Assembly: GCA_016214565.1 (NCBI GenBank)
Contig: JACROE010000002.1
Coordinates: forward strand, 536,007 to 600,006
Reading direction: 5' to 3'
Origin: Candidatus Kerfeldbacteria bacterium
GTDB lineage: Bacteria > Patescibacteriota > Patescibacteriia > UBA10025 > JAHIVO01
DNA: 64,000 nt
The number at the start of each line of letters is the position of its first letter. The first letter of the stretch is position 1. A program made the position numbers and the translations under genes. Below, one piece after another: positions 60,028 to 64,000 of this stretch. Below the pieces are notes generated by a model. That model saw nothing but the letters and a program-made list of their open reading frames with translations, had not been told where the DNA came from and searched no databases.

Positions 60028-60474
60028 ATGGCAATGAATCTCAATAAAGTCATGCTCATCGGCAATATCACCCGCGACCCTGAAGTGCGGGCAACGCCGA
60101 CCGGCCAATCCGTAGCGTCATTTAGCGTCGCTACCAATCGCCGCTGGAAAGACCAGAGCGGCCAAACCAAAGAGCAAGTCGAATATCATAATATTGTTGC
60201 TTGGCGGAAACTGGCTGACATCGTTGGCCAATATGTGAAGAAGGGTACCAAAGTGTACGTCGAAGGTCGCCTGCAGACTCGTTCCTGGGATGACCAGAGC
60301 GGTACGAAGCGCTATCGCACAGAAATTATCGCCGAGAACCTAATTATGCTTGATCGTGCTGGCGCCAGCGCTGGTGCCTCATCTGCGCCGTCCGATTCCC
60401 CCGCCCCAGAACAGTCTGCCGCTCCGGCACCTGCGCCAGAACCCGAGATCAATGTAGAAGATATCCCATTTTAA
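60028..60474 (+). CDS. ssb: Single-stranded DNA-binding protein
   Basis: NKVMLIGN, VATN, VEGRLQTRSW, C-terminal DIPF. Confidence 0.98.
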   Translation: MAMNLNKVMLIGNITRDPEVRATPTGQSVASFSVATNRRWKDQSGQTKEQVEYHNIVAWRKLADIVGQYVKKGTKVYVEGRLQTRSWDDQSGTKRYRTEIIAENLIMLDRAGASAGASSAPSDSPAPEQSAAPAPAPEPEINVEDIPF

Positions 60475-60477
60475 TAT

Positions 60478-60711
60478 ATGCATACACCTCAAACACCCAA
60501 AGTTGTCACTCAAAAAGATTGCTACTTCTGTATCAACGGCTTAACTGACGTCGAGTACCGCGATACGGATGTGATGAAGAAATTTCTATCTTCATACGCT
60601 AAGATTTTACCTCGGAAAAAGACCGGTATCTGTGCTAAGCATCAGCGCAAACTGTCCCAAGCAGTGAAGCGCGCTCGCTTCATGGCGCTGGTCCAGTTCA
60701 CCACGCGCTAA
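60478..60711 (+). CDS. rpsR: 30S ribosomal protein S18
   Basis: CYFC, KILPRKKTG, HQRKLSQAVKRAR. Confidence 0.96.
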   Translation: MHTPQTPKVVTQKDCYFCINGLTDVEYRDTDVMKKFLSSYAKILPRKKTGICAKHQRKLSQAVKRARFMALVQFTTR

Positions 60712-60712
60712 C

Positions 60713-61273
60713 ATGTTTGCCATCAACGACCTTAAATCCGGCCGCTACATCGTGCTCGACGGGGAACCCTTCGCGATCATTAAACATGAATTCTCGAAGA
60801 TGGGCCGCGGGCAGGGCGTCATGCGCACCACGCTGCGCAATCTGAAAACCGGACAAACCCTGGAGCGGTCATTTAAAGGACAAGAGAAAGTTGACCCGGC
60901 GGACATCAGCCGCAGCAAGGCGAATTTCTTGTACGCCGAGGGCGATCAATATTTTTTCATGGATCAGTCGTCCTATGACCAGTTTTTTATTACCGCGCTG
61001 CAGCTTGGGGATAAGAAGGATTATTTGAAGGAAAATCTGGAGGTTGATGTATTGAATTTTAATAGCAATCCAATCGGCGTGGAAATCCCCACCAAGATTT
61101 CTTACAAAGTGACCCAGGCTGATCCTGGCGTGCGCGGGGACACTGCCCAGGGCGCAGTCATGAAAAAAGCCACCCTGGAGAATGGCCTGGAAGTAAACGT
61201 GCCACTCTTTATTTCGCAGGGCGACACCATCATTCTCAATACCGAATCAGGCGACTACGTGGGTAAGGCGTAG
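60713..61273 (+). CDS. efp: Elongation factor P
   Basis: KMGRG loop, FMDQSSYDQ, PGVRGDTA, VPLFI. Confidence 0.95.
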   Translation: MFAINDLKSGRYIVLDGEPFAIIKHEFSKMGRGQGVMRTTLRNLKTGQTLERSFKGQEKVDPADISRSKANFLYAEGDQYFFMDQSSYDQFFITALQLGDKKDYLKENLEVDVLNFNSNPIGVEIPTKISYKVTQADPGVRGDTAQGAVMKKATLENGLEVNVPLFISQGDTIILNTESGDYVGKA

Positions 61274-61335
61274 GGAGAGAAAATTACTAATTCATTAATT
61301 ACTAATTTCTAATTACGCTCCAATTGAGAAATTAG

Positions 61336-61734
61336 CTATTTGGTGTATGGCAGGATAAAATCCATGACAATCCCGACGAGTAGCGCCATGCCCGACAAGA
61401 CAAAAATAAAAATATAATTCCACCGTTCTTTCGACGAGCGGAGCGTACTGAAAATATATTGCATGGCTTGGCGATCTGCATCGGCGATAGGCAGAGTGTC
61501 GACTTTATTGGCCAAATCGTGCTCGGCAATGACCTTAGCTCGTTTTTCTGATACCTGGAACCGATGGATAAAATAGGCGACAAACCCGATGGTACCGACG
61601 TACCAGGCGATCTGTACCCAGATAGGGCTGTAGTAGTTCAATACCACGATTACCCGATAGGCGAAAGTGGCTATAATCCCAATCCAGAAAAAAAACAGCC
61701 GGATCGATTTTGAATGGGTGGTCAGGGGTTCCAT
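61336..61734 (-). CDS. Small membrane protein
   Basis: Three hydrophobic helices from ATG 61734, downstream of trpS. Confidence 0.7.
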   Translation of the reverse strand: MEPLTTHSKSIRLFFFWIGIIATFAYRVIVVLNYYSPIWVQIAWYVGTIGFVAYFIHRFQVSEKRAKVIAEHDLANKVDTLPIADADRQAMQYIFSTLRSSKERWNYIFIFVLSGMALLVGIVMDFILPYTK

Positions 61735-61744
61735 CAACTTTCGT

Positions 61745-62869
61745 TTAAGCAATCCCAATGGCATCCTTGATGGCCAGCAGGTTCTTCTGGGCGCGGCGAC
61801 GAGCCTGAAGGCTGCCATGTTTGAGAATTTCTTCCACTTTTTTCGGAGACTTGATCAGTTCGGCGCGCTTCTTCCGGAAGTCAGCCAGGTCTTGATTGGC
61901 GATGATGCGGTCAATCAGGATGTCTTTGAACACGGAGAATCGGACTTCGCCTGCCTGCATGGCGTCAATGAACTGCTTGCGGTCTTTTTTCTCCCCAAAG
62001 AGGTAGAGCAGCATGTAGATATTGAAATACGCCATGTAGGCCATGAATTTTGTCTCGCCTAGTTCGTTCTGCAGGTCCATCAGATCCTGTTCGCTGCGAA
62101 TAATCATGTCATCGGATTTGATGTCGTTGAATTCAGTATGCACTTCCTTATTGCGTTTGAGGAAGAGCCGCATCATGTCTTTCTCCGTACCGGTGGCGGT
62201 TACGGCCGATTTTATTTTCTTGCGGATGGTATCAGGTTCGTCCGAGAGCGCCAGGTAGGCTTTGGGCCCCAGGCTTTTACTCATTTTATGGGCAGGGTCG
62301 GTCAGGCTCATGATTTTCGGCGTGGGCGTCACTTTTGGCAATGGTTCGGGTAGGAGATTACCGTATCGCTTGTTGAATGCCCGGGCGATTTCGCGTGCCA
62401 GCTCGAGGTGTGCTAATTGATCTTGTCCGACCGGCACCAGCGTGGCGTGATACAGCAGAATGTCGGCGGCCATGAGCACCGGGTAGTCGAGCAAACCCAT
62501 GTTGATATTGTCTTTGAATTGGCTGGCTTTGTCTTTGAACGTCGGCACGCGCTCCAGCCACGAGACCGGCGTGACGCAATTGAGAATCCAGCCAAGCTCA
62601 GTATGCTCAGGCACCAGGGACTGCAGCATGATGGTGCTACGCTTGGGATCCAGGCCGGCGGCGAGGAAGTCCACGGTAGTATCAAAAATCCGCTGCTCGA
62701 GTTCGAGCGCTTTCGGCCCCTCCGTCAGCGCGTGGTAATCCACGATGGCGAAGACGCATTCATTTTGCTTATTATCCTGCAATTCAAGCCAGGAGCGGAT
62801 GGCACCGTAATAATTGCCGATATGTAGCTGGCCCGAGGGCTGGATGCCGGAAAAAACAATGGTTTTCAT
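61745..62869 (-). CDS. trpS: Tryptophan--tRNA ligase
   Basis: SGIQPSG, HIGN, YPVLMAADIL, VPVGQDQ, KMSKS. Confidence 0.97.
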   Translation of the reverse strand: MKTIVFSGIQPSGQLHIGNYYGAIRSWLELQDNKQNECVFAIVDYHALTEGPKALELEQRIFDTTVDFLAAGLDPKRSTIMLQSLVPEHTELGWILNCVTPVSWLERVPTFKDKASQFKDNINMGLLDYPVLMAADILLYHATLVPVGQDQLAHLELAREIARAFNKRYGNLLPEPLPKVTPTPKIMSLTDPAHKMSKSLGPKAYLALSDEPDTIRKKIKSAVTATGTEKDMMRLFLKRNKEVHTEFNDIKSDDMIIRSEQDLMDLQNELGETKFMAYMAYFNIYMLLYLFGEKKDRKQFIDAMQAGEVRFSVFKDILIDRIIANQDLADFRKKRAELIKSPKKVEEILKHGSLQARRRAQKNLLAIKDAIGIA

Positions 62870-62988
62870 TGAGCTATCGTAGCACAAATCAGCGCAAAAT
62901 TCTACTTATTTGGGCGGTGGCGGCGTTGACACTCGGGTGTCGTTCTATTATTATCAAACAACGTTCTTTCGTATCCCAAGGAGGGAGC

Positions 62989-63348
62989 ATGTCAAATCAG
63001 ATGAAGCTGTATATGTTGTCGATTGTATGCGGCCTAGGTGCTTATTGGTGCGTAACGATGGGCGGTTGGTTCATGATACTCGGCATTCTGCTGGGACTTG
63101 CGTGCCTCGTTCTGTACGGGGTGTACATTGCTACAATTTTTGGGAAGATTACCCAGAGTATGGATCCTGCTCAGCGGCGATGCCTGGCGTGTCAGTCGCG
63201 CCATTATCTGGTGTATCCTCGCGGATCCCGATTTGGATTTATGTTTCCCGCTCGATTCGTGAAGCTGTCCATCACGGATTTCCAGTGCCAGGAATGCGGC
63301 ATGAAATGGACCGTCAAAGAAATCGACGAGCACGACGCTCAATCGTAA
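62989..63348 (+). CDS. Small 2-TM protein with C-terminal Zn ribbon
   Basis: Promoter TTGACA-17-TATTAT; AAGGAGG SD; CLAC...CQECGMKW; terminator 63350-63385. Confidence 0.65.
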   Translation: MSNQMKLYMLSIVCGLGAYWCVTMGGWFMILGILLGLACLVLYGVYIATIFGKITQSMDPAQRRCLACQSRHYLVYPRGSRFGFMFPARFVKLSITDFQCQECGMKWTVKEIDEHDAQS

Positions 63349-63385
63349 CAAACGCCCTACGGCACACCACCCGTGCGGCGTTTTA

Positions 63386-63877
63386 TTATTGGAGTACGGG
63401 GTAGCGTTGCACCAGTTTGGTGCCGGTCCACCACTGGCCGAGACCAAGGGGCGCGCCAGCATTTGCATACGCCAGGCCGAGTAGTACGAGTATATATACG
63501 ATATGCTCGTCCATGAACGGGTTATGCTCCGGTGGCAGTGCCACTGACCAAAAGAGCAGCATCATGACGCTGCCGGCGTATCCGGCGATTCGTATACCTA
63601 CGCCGAAAAAGAGCGCCACACCGATCAAGATAAGGCCGAGCATATACAGCCAATCGACGATCGCGTTGCCCGCCAGGCTATGATAGAGCGATTCAAACGG
63701 TCCTGACGCGCCAAACTTCAAAAAACCGAGGGTGGGCGAGACGCCATCGAGCCATGATTTGCCTGCGGCTGTGGCGAACCCAAGGCCGAACAGTTTATCT
63801 AGAAATGCCCAGATGAAGATCCAGCCCATCCCAATGCGCAGCATGCCCCAGATGTATTTTTCTTTTGTGTATTTCAT
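63386..63877 (-). CDS. DoxX/DoxD-family membrane protein
   Basis: LRIGMGWIFIWAFLDK, GLILIG, NPFMDEH. Confidence 0.85.
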   Translation of the reverse strand: MKYTKEKYIWGMLRIGMGWIFIWAFLDKLFGLGFATAAGKSWLDGVSPTLGFLKFGASGPFESLYHSLAGNAIVDWLYMLGLILIGVALFFGVGIRIAGYAGSVMMLLFWSVALPPEHNPFMDEHIVYILVLLGLAYANAGAPLGLGQWWTGTKLVQRYPVLQ

Positions 63878-63878
63878 A

Positions 63879-64000
63879 TTAGCTACCAAAAAATTTCAAC
63901 GCCTCGTAGACGAAGAAAACCGGCCAGACGATTGCTTTCAGTACTCCCAGCACCCCCATCCAGAAATTCGGAGCTATGGAGATGTAGTAGATCGCCGCGC
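63879..64000 (-). CDS. Partial small membrane protein
   Basis: Reads AAIYYISIAPNFWMGVLGVLKAIVWPVFFVYEALKFFGS-stop; runs off the window end. Confidence 0.7.
   Translation of the reverse strand, partial: AAIYYISIAPNFWMGVLGVLKAIVWPVFFVYEALKFFGS

Noticed and set aside
61280-61335. AT-rich TAATTAC/TAATTTC short repeats after efp
   Set aside because: Short low-complexity spacer between convergent genes; no function supportable

Overview
64 kb of bacterial chromosome (code 11). Gene style suggests Patescibacteria/CPR (Parcubacteria-like); this is an inference from SD-less, often near-leaderless core genes, an EF-P with a KMGRG loop and an extended S6. Housekeeping genes: uvrB, malQ, ruvA, a FemAB-family gene, ispH, metK with a SAM-I riboswitch, a MurE-like ligase, rpoBC, ftsK, recA, murI, PMM/PGM, glyA, folD, rsmE, ychF, rpsF-ssb-rpsR-efp, trpS and tRNA-Arg(CCG). 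Main points of interest: (1) a head-to-head Elp3 + Trm9/ALKBH8-like methyltransferase pair, a candidate eukaryote-type mcm5U34 route, with a Trm11-like gene nearby; (2) two WxL/DUF916-like cell-surface clusters flanking a cassette with an FCB-type RpoD that has a long N-terminal extension; (3) a leader-peptide attenuator upstream of an M14 deacylase + circularly permuted ATP-grasp ligase + Zn-finger set; (4) several units with a promoter and terminator but no convincing ORF, including a ~460-nt structured RNA with four strong Shine-Dalgarno motifs; (5) a sharp split between SD-less core genes and SD-bearing ORFan/foreign genes; (6) nested palindromic TGTCAT...ATGACA repeats and a degenerate tRNA. 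No CRISPR array, transposase or rRNA was seen. All family assignments come from motif recognition, not database searches.
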